Below, one piece after another: positions 34,623 through 47,960 of a stretch of DNA of 64,000 nucleotides. Under the pieces are notes generated by a model. That model searched no databases, was not told where the DNA came from, and saw only the letters and a list, made by a program, of their open reading frames with translations. Source of the stretch: Pristiophorus japonicus. Taxonomy: Eukaryota. The stretch is from NCBI RefSeq assembly GCF_044704955.1, contig NC_091984.1, forward strand, positions 148,056,001-148,120,000, in the 5' to 3' direction. A program made the translations under genes and the position numbers. Each line of letters starts with the position of its first letter. The stretch's first letter is position 1.

Positions 34623-35757
34623 AGGAACATACCATTATTGTCCCTGGGGGTGCAAGAGGATGAGGAGAGGTGAGGAACATACAATTGTTTTCATCGTGGG
34701 TGGAGAAGAGGTGAGGACATGCTATTATTGTTCCCGGGGGAAGGAGAGAATGGGGAGAGGTGAGGAACATACCATTATTGTCCACAGGGATGGGGGTGGT
34801 GGAGAGGAGACGGAGACTTGAGGAACATACAATTATTGACCCGGGGAGACGACGAGAGAGAGAGAGCGGTGAGGATCATACCATTATTGTCCCTGGGGTG
34901 GGGGAGAGGGAGAGGTGCGGAACATACCATTATTTTCCCAGAGAGGGAGGGGGGTAGAGGAGAGGCAGAGGTGAGAAACATACCATTATTGTCTCCGGGG
35001 GGGCGAAGAAGGAGAGCGGGTTGACTTATGAGGAATGGTTGAGTAGGTTGGGCCACCGCTCATTGGAATTCAGAAGAATGAGAGGTGATCTTATCAAAAC
35101 ATATAAGATTATGAGGGGGCTTGACAAGGTGGATGCAGAGAGGATGTTTCCACTGATGGGGAGACTAGAACTAGAGGGCTTAATCTGAGAATAGGAGGCT
35201 GCCCATTTAAAACTGAGATGAGGAGGAATTTCTTCTCTCAGATGGTTGTAAATCTGTGGAATTCGCTGCCTCAGAGAGCTGTGGAAGCTGGGACATTAAA
35301 TACATTTTAGACAGAAATAGAGTTTCTTAAATTATAATGGGTTATGGGGAATGAGCAGGGAAGTGGACCTGAGTCCATGATCGGATCAGCCATGATTGGA
35401 TTAAATGGGGGAGCAGGCTCGAGGGGCGGTGTGGCCTACTCCTGCTCCTATTTCTTCAGTTCTTATGAGAGGTGAGGAACATACCATTATTGTCCCCTGG
35501 AGGGGGTGGGAGAGGAGAAGGAGAGGTGAGGAATAAACCATTATTGTCCCCGGGAGGGGGTGGGAGAGCAGAGGGAGAGGTGAGGAACATCCCATTATTG
35601 TCCCCGGAGGGACAGGAGAGGGAGAGGTGAGGAGCATCCCATTATTGTCTCCGGGTGAGGGGAGGGAGGGAGAGAGAGAGAAAGAGAGAGGGAGGGGAGC
35701 GTTGAAGAACATACGTTATTGTCCTGGGGGGGTGGGGTGAGTGGAGAGGTGAAGAAT
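34623..35757. repeat. Purine-rich imperfect minisatellite (GAGGTGAGGAACATACCATTATTGTCCCC core) interrupted by a CR1 fragment at ~35015-35466
   Basis: More than 10 core copies; CR1 3' end with tail lies between them. Confidence 0.8.
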
Positions 35758-36830
35758 TGTAGCTCCAGCTTTCTGGCCATTTCTATCAACAATACTTTAA
35801 ATCCTTAAATCCAAATCCCCAAGAAAGAACTGTCCTGTTTGGCGAGTTTGTGGGGGTGGCACTGAGGTGCATTCATATACAACCGGACATTTCACACTGA
35901 CAGGCTGGGTGGCTGGGAACCCAGGCCCATTGATGTCATCACCATCTAAAGTGATTCCTGGGAACAATACCCCGAGAGGTAACTCAGAGACACTGTGCCC
36001 TCACATTATTAAAGCACAGTCACGACTCAGTCCCAACCCAAACTGGTGCGAGGCAGGAAATGGCCGGCCCGTTGTCTTCCAGGAGATAAGCCGGTTAAGC
36101 AAGATCGGTTTGTGATCGAAACCCATTACCTGCTAATGGGGGCCATCAACTCAGGAAACGACAGACATCCAGTAATCAGCACCCATTGTCTCTCCAGAGG
36201 CAAGGCCTGGGAGCGGGAAAACAAAATATCATTTTTCACAAAGATTTCAAAGGCTACGAGCCACTCCAGGCCACGGGGGGAGGGAGTCCAGACAGATCAC
36301 CGTTGTCAATCCATCGGTCAGTATTGGCGGGAAGAAAGGTGATGGGTTTTGGGGATATAAGGAGCCGCTTTGCAACAAGCTCCAGCTCAGGAGGAAGAAA
36401 GCCCCGGAAAAAGCCCAGGAAAAAGCTCAGGAAAAAGCCCAGGAGCGAGACGTTCAGGAAGAAGCTGCAAGCAAGACAACGGGCAATCAGGGTGAGCATA
36501 TTGCCTGCGCCTACACATCCACAAGACCACTTAGCTGTGTGAGGGGGTGATTGTAAGTCCCAACCAAACCCAAGGGGTTTAGTGCTGGGGGGGGGGTCCT
36601 GTGTTAGTTTATTTCACGGGAGGGTTCTTTTATTAAGCCGTGGTAACTTAACACGGCAGGGCTTATTGGACAAGCCAGGGTTGTACTGTTTTGCACTGTT
36701 TATGAGTGGTGTTGTTAATCTTATTTGGTTGAGCCTGAAAAATGTGAGTCTGATCTGTCCATATAATCCCTATCGTCCAGAACTTGTAGTAGGAGGTGCA
36801 TTTACGTTACGCCCGAGAAAACCACCTACA
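35758..36830 (+). repeat. LTR, inverted paralog of 18104-19227
   Basis: TGTAGC...CCTACA; mirror-image ORFs 35867-36115 / 18872-19147 and 36186-36542 / 18415-18801. Confidence 0.85.
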
Positions 36831-36835
36831 GGCAC

Positions 36836-37340
36836 CCCCTCAGTACTGCCCCTCCGATAGTGCGGCACTCCATCAATATTGCCCCTCTGGCAGTGCGGCA
36901 CCCCCTCAGTACTGCCCCTCCGATAGTGCGGCACTCCCTCAGTACTGCCCGTCTGACAGTGCAGCGCTCCCTCAGTACTGCCCCTCTGACAGTGCGGCAC
37001 TCCTTCAGTACTGCCCCTCTGACAGTGCGGCACTCCCTCAGTACTGCACCTCTGACAGTGCGACACTCCCTCAGTACTGCCCCTCTGACAGTGCAGCACT
37101 CCCTCAGCACTGCCCTTCTGACAGTGCAGCACTCCCTCAGTACTGTCCCTCTGACAGTGCAGCACTCCCTCAGTACTGGCCCTCCTGACAGTGCGGCACT
37201 CCTTCAGTACTGCCCCGACAGTGCAGCACTCCCTCCGTACTGCCCCTCTGACAGTGCAGCACTCCCTCAGTACTGCCCCTCCGATAGTGCAGCACTCCCT
37301 CAGTACTGCCCCTCTGACAGTGCAGCACTCCCTCAGGACT
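36836..37340. repeat. 33-bp tandem repeat, ~15 units
   Basis: CAGTACTGCCCCTCTGACAGTGCAGCACTCCCT units. Confidence 0.9.
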
Positions 37341-38749
37341 GCACAGTAGTGTATGTCTTTATTTTACACTCAGGTCCCTAGAGTGGGGCTTGAACCCACG
37401 ATACAACATTGCATCACTGGATGCCGCACAGTCTGAGCTGTGAGTCATATCCCGACCTCAGTTGGAACAGCTAACTCAGAACAAACAACAACAACAACTT
37501 TTATACAGCACCTTTAACACAGTAAAACTCCCCAAGCACTTCACAGGAGCGTTATAGAATAAAGATTGACAGCGAGCCACGTAAGGAGACATTGAAAATT
37601 GCAGCTCAGTCAAATTGTGAGGGAAATTGGCAGTGTTGTCTTCATACCAAAAGGGGGCGATGTTGGTTCTGAAAAGACCAAATTTTTGGACAATTTCTGT
37701 GTCACTCAATTGATTGGTTTGTAAAACGCGTTTGGACCAAACCTCCAGTCAGGTTTGCAGAATAATTTCCAGTTCCCCACGTGACATTTGATGGTGGATC
37801 TCAGCAGGTATCTCCTCGTCCGCTCGTGAGGCGGTGTCTCAGACCGATTGGGGGTCAGAAGCCACTCTGCACTGCAGTGAGCATCGGCAGGCCATTCACT
37901 GTGGGAGGCCTCACCGCGGAGCTAGGTGCATGGGGTATATCCACACAGAGACAGCCAGGAACGGCAGCAACAACCTGCATTGCTACAGTAACTGGAACAT
38001 TAGAACAACATCCCGAAGCAGCTGACAGAGGCGTAATCTGGTCAAAGTGGTGCTGAGCCAAAGGGGGAGGGGCTGGGAGGGTGATCAAAACGCTCAGTCA
38101 CAGATTGGGTTTGAAGGGAGGTCTTAAAAGAGGAGAGGGGTGGAGTGGCAGAGAGGTTTAGGGAGCAGGGAGTTAGGGCCCAGGCAGCTGAAGGCACGGC
38201 CCCCAATGGAGGAGGAAGGGAAGGGGGGATGGATAAGAAGCCTGAGCCAGATACAACGGCCCCTGAACACAACAACAACTTGCATTTATATAGCGAGTGT
38301 TGTGACAATGACAGACAGTGAGAATATAACCCTGATAATGTAACACAGTATTTGCAGCACTTGACACTGTTGGGAAAGCTTGTAATTTTAAATCCATGAG
38401 CTGTACCTAAGCGAGAGCAGGACCTGTTTGTGGCCGGTGCGGAGATCACCACTTACAGAAGGTAGTTACTGCAGGGAATTCAGGGCCACAGTGACCTCCT
38501 GGACTAGTTTCCATCGCCTGGGGGCGGGGCTGGAGAGGAGTTTCCCAGATTTATTTCCCCCAATGGGTTTTTTCCCTGGTTTTTTGCCTCTCCCAGGAGG
38601 TCAGGTAGTTTTGGGTGGGGTGGAGAGTCTATACTGTGATACACAAGGTATCACAATTGTGTGGGACGGGCTGGATGGACCACAGGGTCTTTACCTGTCC
38701 GTCACTGTCTGTGGGTTTGGGTTTCAAAGATGTAGAGCTGAATTGGAAA

Positions 38750-39705
38750 GAAAGACTTGCATTTATATAGCGCCTTTCACCACCTCAGGACATCCCAAAG
38801 CGCTTTACAGCCAATGAAGTACTTTTGAAGTGTAGTCACTGCGGTAATGGAGGAGACACGACAGACATTTTGTGCACAGCAAGCTCCCACAAGTTACTTT
38901 GGGCCCAAATTGCGTATCGCCCCGGTTGGGGCGGTAACTTTTCCATGCCGAAGTCACGCCCCGGAAGCGAAATTGGGGTCACAGCCCCTGACAGGAAGTG
39001 GAGTGCAATGTGGTGTACAGCATTTCCCCTGGGGGCGGGCTCAGGGGCCAGTGTCAGGCTGCACCATCGCGGCACTGACCCCGTCACATCGGCATAGAAA
39101 GGCCCGACCGGTTAGTTGTCCAAAACAAATGTCGGGGCGCAGAGGCGCACACCGCCTGTAACTTTCACCCCGTGAGTGAAATGCGGCCCGGTTCGTGACC
39201 CGCAGGCCTGGTGCGGACACGGCTCACGGGGCATTCTCCGTTTCAGTCTCTGCTAAATCGCGCGGTAGCTCCCCCCTCCACCGCCACTCCATACCCTCGG
39301 GGAAAACACTGTCACACCCCGTAAGCGCCCTCCGGAGCCACTAATGGCAGGCACACAGCGGGGGAATTTCATCCTCAGTCTGTTTTTGTGATGTTGATTG
39401 AGGGATAAATATTGACCAGGACACTGGGGAGAACTCCCCTTGCTCTTCTTCAAAACAGTGGCATGGGATCGTTAACACCCACCTGAGAGAGCAGATGGGG
39501 CCTTGGTTTAACCTCTCGCCTGAAAGACGGCCCCTCCGACAGTGCATCACTACCTCAGTTCTGCACTGGGACTGTCAGTGTGGATTTCTGAGAGTCTCTG
39601 GAGTGGACCATCTCTCCAGCCACGCATTCATCTGTTCTATCCTCCTATTCTGGAGTGGACCTTCGGACTCAGAGGTGAGTGTGCTGCCCATTTAGCCACA
39701 GCTGA
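38750..39705 (-). mobile_element. tRNA-derived SINE with L2-like tail, carrying a ~480-bp GC-rich insertion (~38895-39370)
   Basis: Colinear with the uninterrupted copy at 47535-47960. Confidence 0.65.
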
Positions 39706-39877
39706 CTGAGCTGGAAACTTAAGGCTCATTAATGGCCCATCGACGGTGTTCGCCCTCAGTGGGGTGAACAAATCCAGAAATTATGGCCAGAATGATGTAG
39801 GCTAGGCCATTATTTGCTTTTTTTTTTTAGTTTTAAATTTATTTCTGCTAAGTTAGTCCTTAGTCTATTAAATAGAG

Positions 39878-42800
39878 GCATGGCAGGGCAGTTCTGTCCC
39901 GTGGAGTGCACATCCTGTGCCATGTGGGAAGTCCTGGACACTTCTCGTGGCCTGGACGACCACATGTGCAGGAAGTGTCACCAGCTACAGCAACTCGAGC
40001 TCCGCGTTTCGGAGATTGAGCGGCGGCTGGAGTCACTGCGGTGCGTCCGCGAGGCTGAGAACTTCGTGGATAGCACGTTTCTAGAGGTGGCCACCCCGCA
40101 GCTTAAGAGTGTGCAGGCAGAGAGGGAATGGGTGACCACCAGACAGAAGAGGAGGTCCAGGCACGTAGTGCAGGAGTCCCCTGAGTCCATCTCACTCTCC
40201 AACCAGTATTCTGTTCTGAGTACTGGTGGGGGCGATGGTTCCTCCAGGAAGTTCAGCCAGAGCCAAGTCCACGGCACCACGGGTGGCTCAGCTGCACAGG
40301 GGGGAGGAAGAAGAGTGGAAGAGCAATAGTGGTAGGGGATTCAATAGTTAGGGGAACAGACAGGTATTTCTGCAGCCACAGGCGTGACCCCAGGATGGTA
40401 TGTTGCCTGCCTGGTGCCAGGGTCCAGAATTTCACTGAGTGGCTGCAGTACATTCTGAGGGGGGAGGGTGAACAGCCAGAGATTGTGGTCCATATCGATA
40501 CCAATGACATAGGTAGAAAGAAGTATGTGGTCCTACAGGCAGAGTTTCGGGAGCTAGATTAAAAAGCAACACAGCAATGGTAGTAATCTCCAGATTACTC
40601 CCGGTGCCACGTGCTAGTGAGTACAGAAATAGGAGGATAGAGCAGATGAATGCATGGCTGGAGAGATGGTGCAGGAGGGAGGGCTTTAGTTACCTGAGAA
40701 ATTGGGACCATTTCTCGGGGAGGTGGGACCTATACAAGTCGGACGGGTTACACGTCAACAGAGCCAGGACCAATATCCTCGCGGGAGATTTGCTAGTGCT
40801 GTTGGGGAGGGTTTAAACTAGCTTGGCAGGGGATGGGAACCGGAGAATAGATTCAGTGGGGAGAGAAGCAAATCTGGAATTTGAAAGCAGAAAAGTAGAA
40901 AGTGAATTTGGAAGACAGAGGAAACAAAGCCCAGAAAATAGACAGCAAAGATGGTTGGCATTGCTCAATAGTGTATACTTCAATGCAAGGAGTATAGGGA
41001 ATATTGCAGATGAGCTGAGAGCACAGATAGACAATTGAGAGAACGATATTGAGGTGGAAATTCTGACGTCCCCGGGCCCGTACGTGGTTTCTATGGACCC
41101 GGGAAGGCATCGGAAAAGCCAGTTTTCAGCGTGCAATGCGCATGCACTGAAAACCTGCTTTTCCGATCTGTCAAGCTGGAGCTGGAGAGATCATAGCCAG
41201 ATCATGAGCGAGGACATTTGTACGGGCAAGATGGGACTATTTACCCATATCTTTCCCAGCAAATGTCCTCAAAAATCATAGCCTACTTTTACAGGCGTAA
41301 GTGTTTTAAAACATACAGAAACAATTGTAAAATAACATTATAGACACATAGTTTATTGTTCAAAAACCTCCCCACTACAGTAAGTTTATTACCATAATTT
41401 TAAAAACTTTTTTAGCAATCGGGAAAATATTTTATTTCTATAAGACCATAATAACTTTAATTTCAAATAATTTTAAGTATGTGTGGTCTATTTTTTATTT
41501 TTTTATTATTTTGTGTGTTTGGTTTTGTCCCCATTAATAGCACTGAGAACTGGTAGATACGCGAGTCTTAGTGCTATTAATGGGAACCTGTGAACTACCT
41601 ACCTGATTGGCTAAGCAGTCACTCGTGACTGCATCTTCTGCGTGGGAACCCTCTGGACTGGATCACACTTAAATGCATTCAGGAGAATTTTATCAGTGAG
41701 TATGTAACAAGTCCAACAAGGGAGGGGACGGATCTGGACTTGGTTTTGGGGAATGAAGAGGGGCAGGTGGAAGGGGTATCAGTGGGAGAGAATTTTGGTG
41801 CCTGTGATCATAATTCAGTTGGATTTAGTGTAGTTATGGAAAAGGACAAAGATAGACCAGGAATAAAGATTCTCAATTGGGGAAAAGCCAATTTTGCTGA
41901 GCTGAGATGAGATTTGGCCAAAGCGGGCTGGAAATGGCTACTTGATGGTAAATCAGTGTCAGAGCAGTGGGAGGCATTCAAGGAGGAAATCCTGTGGTTT
42001 CAGAGTAAGTCTGTTCCCTTAAAGAAAAAGGGTGGGACTAACAAATTTAGAGGCCCATGGATGTCAAGGGATATACAGTGTAGGATAAAGTAAAACAGGG
42101 AGAGTTATGACAGATACTGAGGGCTCAATACTGCAGGAACTTTAGAGGAGTATAGAAAGTGCAGGGGTGCAATTGGAAAGGAAATTAGGAAAGCAAAGAG
42201 AGAGCATGAAAACATTTTGGCAAGTAAAATCAAGGAAAACCCAAAGATGCATTAAGAGCAAGAGGATAATTAAAGAAAGTGTCGGGCCTATTAGAGACCA
42301 TAAAGGTAATCTGTGTGTGGAGGCAGAAGATGTGGATATGTTTCGTAATGGATACTTTCCGTCTGTTTTCACAAAAGAGAGGGGCGATGCAGACATTGCA
42401 ATCAGGGAGGAGGAGTGTGAAATATTAGATGAAATAAACATTGTGAGAGAGGAAGTATTAAGGGGCTTAGCAGCTGTGAAAGTGGATAAATCCCCTGGTC
42501 CTGATAAAATGTTTCCCAAGCTGATAAGTGAAACAAAAGAGGAAATAGCACAGGCTCTGACCAACATTTTCCAATCCTCTCTGGTTGCACGTGTGGTGCC
42601 AGAGGTCTGGAGGACTGCTAATGTTGTACCTTTGTTTAAAAAGGGAAAAAGGGATAGACCGAGTAATTGCAGGCCAGTCAGCCTAACCTCATGGTGGGAA
42701 AGTCATTGAAGAAAATTCTGAGAGACAGGATAAATCTTCATTTAGAAAGACACAAATTAATCCAGGAAAGTCAGCATGGATTTGTTAAGGGAAGATCGTG

Positions 42801-44178
42801 TCTGATTAACTTAATTGAATTCATCGAGGAAGTAATAAGGAGGGTTGATGAGGGCAGTGCATATGATGTAGTGTATAAAGATTTTAGCAAGACTTTTGGT
42901 AAGGTCCCACATGGCAGACTGGTCATGAAAGTAAAATCCCTTGGGATCCAGGGCAAAGTGGCAAGTTGGATCCAAAATTGGCTCAGAGGCAGGAAGCAAA
43001 GGGTAATGGTTGGTGATTTAATGATTGGAAGGCTGTTTCCAGTGGGGTTCCGCAAGGCTCAGTACAAGGTCATTGCTTTTTGTGGAAAATATCAATGATT
43101 TGGACTTGAATGTATGGGGCATGATAAAGAAGTTTGCAGATGATACTAAAATCGGCCGTGTGGCTGTTAATGAAGAAGAAAGCTGCAGACTGCAGGAAGA
43201 TATCAATAAAATGGTCAGGTGGGCAGAACAGTGGCAAATAGAATTTAATCCAGAGAAGTGTGAGGTAATGCATTTGGGGAGGGCTACCAAGGCAAGGGAA
43301 TACACATTAAATTGTAGGATACAGAGAAGTTTAGAGGAACAAAGGGATCTGTCCACAGATACCTGAAGGTAGCAGGCCAGGTAGATGTGAGGTTATCCAC
43401 TTTGGCAGAAAGAATAGAAAAGCAAATTATTTTTTAAATGGAGAATAATTGAAACTGCTGCAGTACAGAGGGATTTGGGGGTCCTTGTGCATGAAACACA
43501 AAAATTTAGAATGCAGCAAGTAATCAGGAAAGCAAATGGAATGTTGGCTGTTATTGCAAGGGGGGTGGAGTATAAAAGCAGGGAAGTCCTGCTACAATTG
43601 TACAGGGTATTTGGAGACCTGGAGTACTGTGTGCAGTTTTGTTCTCCAAATTTAAGAAAGGATATCCTTTCATTGAAGGCAGTTCAGAGAAGGCCCACTA
43701 GGTTGATTCTGGAGCTGAGGGGGTTGACTTATGAAGACTTGTTGAGTAGGTTGGGCCTATACTCATTGGAGTTCAGAAGAATGAGAGTTGATCTTATCGA
43801 AACATATAATATAATGAGGGGGCGTGACAAGGTGGATGCAGAGAGGATATTTCCACTCATAGGGGAAACTAAAACTAGAGGGCATAGTTTCAGAATAAGG
43901 GGTCGCCTATTTAGAACTGAGATGAGTAGGAATTTCTTCTCTCAGAGGGTTACAAATCTGTGGAATTCTCATGCCACAAAGAACTGTGGAGGCTGGGTCA
44001 TTGAATATTTTTAAGGCAGAGATAGACAGATTTTTGAACAATTAGTGGATAAAGGGTTATGGTGAGCAGGCAGGGAAGTGGAGCTGAGTCCACGAACACA
44101 TCAGCCAAGATCTCATTGAATGGTGGATCAGGCTCGAGGGGCCAAATGGACTCCTGCTCCTATTTCTTATGTTCTTAA
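39878..44178 (+). mobile_element. Near full-length degraded CR1 LINE(s): ORF1 (Zn finger + esterase) and ORF2 (APE-RT)
   Basis: CTSCAMW..CRKC, VGDSIVRG, KSPGPD, QHGFVKGRSC, KFADD, tail TTCTTATGTTCTT; insertion at ~41050-41670. Confidence 0.88.
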
Positions 44179-44532
44179 TCCGTAATACCCTTACCCAACA
44201 GGGTGCTGATGGTGCCGGAGGACCAGCCTGAGCCTCAGATCCTGAACTGCCCACTGCAACACTGGACTGAGACACAGAGGGAGCAAAGTGTGTGCAGAGT
44301 GGTGACTGGCTGGTCCCCTGGTCCCCGAGACCCCTCCCCGACCCCACAGTCCCAACAGGATCCCCCCCCCTCGACACCCAGCACCCAGTCCCCGCCAGAG
44401 CCCCTGACCTCCCCGTGACCCCCACGATCCCCGTGAACCCCCCCGCCCCCCGATCACACCGGCCCCCCCCGTTCCACGCATGGTCAGCCCCCGATCAAGC
44501 CCCCCCTCCCCCGGCCCGGTCTCCCCTCTCCT

Positions 44533-44825
44533 GGGTAACAGTCTTGCACACACATACACACACCTACAGACAGTGCTGGGTAACAGTCACACACACACAC
44601 ACCTACAGGCGGTGCTGGGTAACAGTCACACACACACACACCGACAGACAGTGCTGGGTAACAGTCACACACACACACACACCTACAGGCGGTGCTGGGT
44701 AACAGTCACACACACACACACCTACAGGCGGTGCTGGGTAACAGTCACACACACACACACACCTACAGACAGTGCTGGGTAACAGTCACACACACACACA
44801 CCTACAGGCGGTGCTGGGTAAGTCA
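44533..44825. repeat. ~40-bp tandem repeat with (CA)n core
   Basis: ACCTACAG(A/G)C(A/G)GTGCTGGGTAACAGTCACACACACAC, ~7 copies. Confidence 0.9.
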
Positions 44826-45064
44826 CACTAACAGTCAGGGACATGTACACGGTGATACACTGACTGCTCCTCTCCCGAAGCTGAGGCCTCACTCGGGACA
44901 GTTTTGTGCTGCTGCCATGAGCCACACGTTAAGGAGAGAGAATGCAACATTGTGACTGTGGCCTCCTGCCCCCAGATTGCTCCCAGCAGTCAGCACAGAG
45001 TGCACAGTGCGATCCCACCATCGGGGGCAGCCCCAACACCCCCAGTGTGCAGAGTGAGAGCCAA

Positions 45065-46175
45065 CAAGCTCCCCGCTGGAGTGGAACTAAACTACAGAAC
45101 CAGTGGGAACCTGTTCAACCTGCACAGTCTCCAGGCCAGATCCAAGGCCACTCCAACCTCTGTCGTCGAGCTACAGTATGTGGACGATGTCTGCATCTGC
45201 GCACATACAGAGGCCGCACTCCAGGACATAGTCGACGTATTTACTGAGGCGTACGAAAGCATGGGCCTTACGCTAAACATCTGTAAGACAAAGGTCCTCC
45301 ACCAGCCTGCCCTCATCTCACAGCACTGCCCCCAGTCATCAAGATCCATGGCGCTGCCCTGGACACCGTGGACCACTTCCCATATCTCGGGAGCCACCAA
45401 TCAACAAGAGCAGGTATTGACGACGAGATCCAACACCACCTCCATGCGCCAGTGCAGCCTTCGGTCGCCTGAGGAAAAGAGTGTTTGAAGACCAGGCCCT
45501 CCAAACTGCCACCAAGCTCATGGTCTACAGGGCTGTAGTAATACCTGCCCTCCAATATGGCTCAGAGACATGGACCATGTACAGCAGACACCTCAAGTTG
45601 CTGGACAAATATCACCAACGATGTCTCTGCTAGATCCGACAAATCCCCTGGGAGGACAGGCGCAACAACATCAGCGTCCGCAGTCAGGCTAACATCCCCA
45701 GCATTGAAGCACTGCCCACACTCGATCAGCTCCACTGGGCAGGCCACATAGTCCGCATGCTAGACACGAGACTCCCAAAGCAAGTGCTCTACTCGGAGCT
45801 CCTTCATGGCAAACGAACAAAAGGTGGGCAGCGGAAACGCTACAAGGACACCCTCAAAGCCTCCCTGATAAAGTGCAACATCCCCACTGACACCTGGGAG
45901 TCCCTGGCCCAAGACCACCCTAAGTGGAGGAAGTGCATCCGAGAGGGTGCTGAGCAACTCGAGTCTCGTCGCCAAGAGCATGCAGAAACCAAGCGCAGGC
46001 AGCGGAAAGAGCGTGCGGCGAATCTGTCCCCACCCACCCCTTCCCTCAAAGACTGTCTGTCTCACCTGTGACAGAGTCCGTGGTTCTTGTATTGGACTGT
46101 TCAGCCACAAAAGACCTCACTTCAGGATGGAAGCAAGTCTTCCTCGATTCCGAGGGACTGCCGATGATATGATGA
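45065..46175 (+). mobile_element. RTE-clade LINE 3' fragment
   Basis: YRTSGNLFNL..ELQYVDD..GLTLNICKTK; RLPKQVLYSEL..GGQRKRYKD; GATGA-type tail. Confidence 0.85.
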
Positions 46176-46432
46176 GACTGGGAGGGTTTAATCCCAGCAG
46201 TTTTTAGTGTCTCTGTATTTAATCTTGTGCACTCCAGGGGTTCGAGATCAAATTGATCATTTTAAAATGATTGACAATTGGCTTTGAATCAAAGCTCCTG
46301 CTGACATGCCATTGATTGACAGCCCACCCAGCCAATCAGGACAGCCACTTACTGAAATGCAGCCAATCCAGCTGAGGGGGAGGTGGGACATTTCCAAAGC
46401 ACTCGCCAGACACAGACAGAATATTCTTCACG

Positions 46433-46533
46433 TTTATTGCCTTTTACAGATTCACATTTACAGAAACAAGAATTGAATAAACAGCCCAGCGAGAACGAGC
46501 TGGAGACATTCACAGGGAGAATGCAGCTTTATT
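46433..46533 (-). terminator. Candidate polyadenylation signals for the light-chain transcript
   Basis: AATAAA on the minus strand at 46528-46533 and 46433-46438. Confidence 0.55.
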
Positions 46534-46963
46534 AAAACAGTTGTGGGGATTTTCTCCACACCGTGAGAATCCTGTCCCTTCAAACGTGGACAAAACCTTG
46601 AATTGTAACAGCAGGGTGAGCAGGGAGGGGGTCTGCTTACTGAAGCGGCACTTCACAGTTTAACATTAGTTTTACTCTGCTGACAGTCTTCAGCATCTTC
46701 GAGAGGTTTTACTTGGCAGCACGAGTCAACATTGTCCCATCAAACCCTCCCAGGGCAGGTACAGCACGGGTTAGATACAGAGTAAAGCTCACTCGACACT
46801 GCCCCAATAACGTGCCTTACCCCCTGACCCTCAGATGCTTTCCCTGACCCAGTCCCGAGAAGGAAGAGAGTAGAAATGCACTGCTGACAATGACCTTTGC
46901 CCTCCCGGCTCACCCCCTGTTCTATTTAAAGTTGCGTCTCCCCCCCGGACTGTCCCTGACACA

Positions 46964-47292
46964 CTACGCACATTCTGCTCTCCTGACTCCCTTGCTGAGG
47001 GGAGAGGAGAGGCTCTCGTGGGTGAGGCTGCAGGAGAAGCTGGCGTTGGACTCCCAGTCGGAGCCAGAGAGGGTCAGCAGGCTGCTGACACTGTAGGTGT
47101 TGTCCGAAGCTCGCAGGTAGTCACTGGTCTGGACCCCGGCCGAAATGGTCGCCCCGTCCTTCTTCCACTCCATCTCCACCGCATCGGGGTAGAAGTGATC
47201 GGCGAGGCACACCAGGGTGGCAGTGCCCTTGGTCGTGACCTCCTCCGGGGAGGGGGGCAGCAGGGTCAGCGTGGGTTGTGTCTTCCCTCGGC
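46964..47292 (-). CDS. IGKC: Immunoglobulin light-chain constant exon, kappa (shark type III/NS4-like), intact
   Basis: Acceptor TATTTCAG|GC, phase 1. Translation RGKTQPTLTLLPPSPEEVTTKGTATLVCLADHFYPD..WKKDG..YSVSSLLTLSGSDW..FSCSLTH..RAECA* has both C1-set cysteines, the conserved Trp and the C-terminal interchain Cys. Confidence 0.93.
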
Positions 47293-47534
47293 CTGAAATA
47301 GAGGAGAAGGATGTTTAATAGGTGTATATTAATGTGTGTGTGTGTGTGTGTCACTGTGGGTGTTTCCGTGTGGGGATAATTCACATCTGATAACGGAGAG
47401 TTGGGTTAATGAACTCCTGGCTGGTGATTAACCATTAGAAGCGAGCAACATTAATTCTTAATCTTCTTTGCATCGCTTGATAAGTTTAATCTAAATATAA
47501 ATGTGTTTGATGTTAAGGTGCTTAAAAAAAAATC

Positions 47535-47960
47535 TTGCATTTATATTACGCCTTTCACAACCACCAGACATCTCAAAGCACTTTGCAGCCAATGAAGTAC
47601 TTTTGGAGTGCAGTCACTGTTGTAATGTGTGAAACACGGCAGCCAATCTGCGCACAGCAAGCTCCCACAAACAGCGATGTGATAACGACCTGATAATCTG
47701 TTCTTTTGTCATGTTGGTTGAGGGATAAATATTGAACAGAACACCGGGGAGAACTCCCCTCCTCTTCAAAATAGTGGCGTGTGATCTTTTATATCTACCT
47801 GAGAGGGCAGACGAGGCCTCAGTTTAAAATTTCATCTGAAAGACGACACCTCTGACAGTGCTGCACTCAATTGTCAGCCAAGAGTTTTGTGCTCAAGTCC
47901 CTGGTGTGGGACTTGAACCCACAACCTTCTGACTCAGAGGCGAGAGTGCAACACACTGAG
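47535..47960 (-). mobile_element. tRNA-derived SINE
   Basis: B-box-like GGTTCAAGTCCC on the minus strand at ~47910 and an L2-like 3' tail; several copies in the window. Confidence 0.7.

Noticed and set aside
34378-35757. CRISPR-like appearance of repeated cores with variable spacers
   Set aside because: Eukaryotic context, spacers are related low-complexity purine tracts, and there are no cas genes.
36770-37381. Repetitive ORFs (YCPSDSAALPQ)n on both strands, also at 17802-18164
   Set aside because: Artefact of a stop-free 33-bp tandem repeat.
17640-37555. Giant DNA transposon with 1.6-kb TIRs
   Set aside because: The arms consist of ordinary L2/SINE/LTR sequence, no terminal TSD is visible, and the only transposase has its own TIRs.
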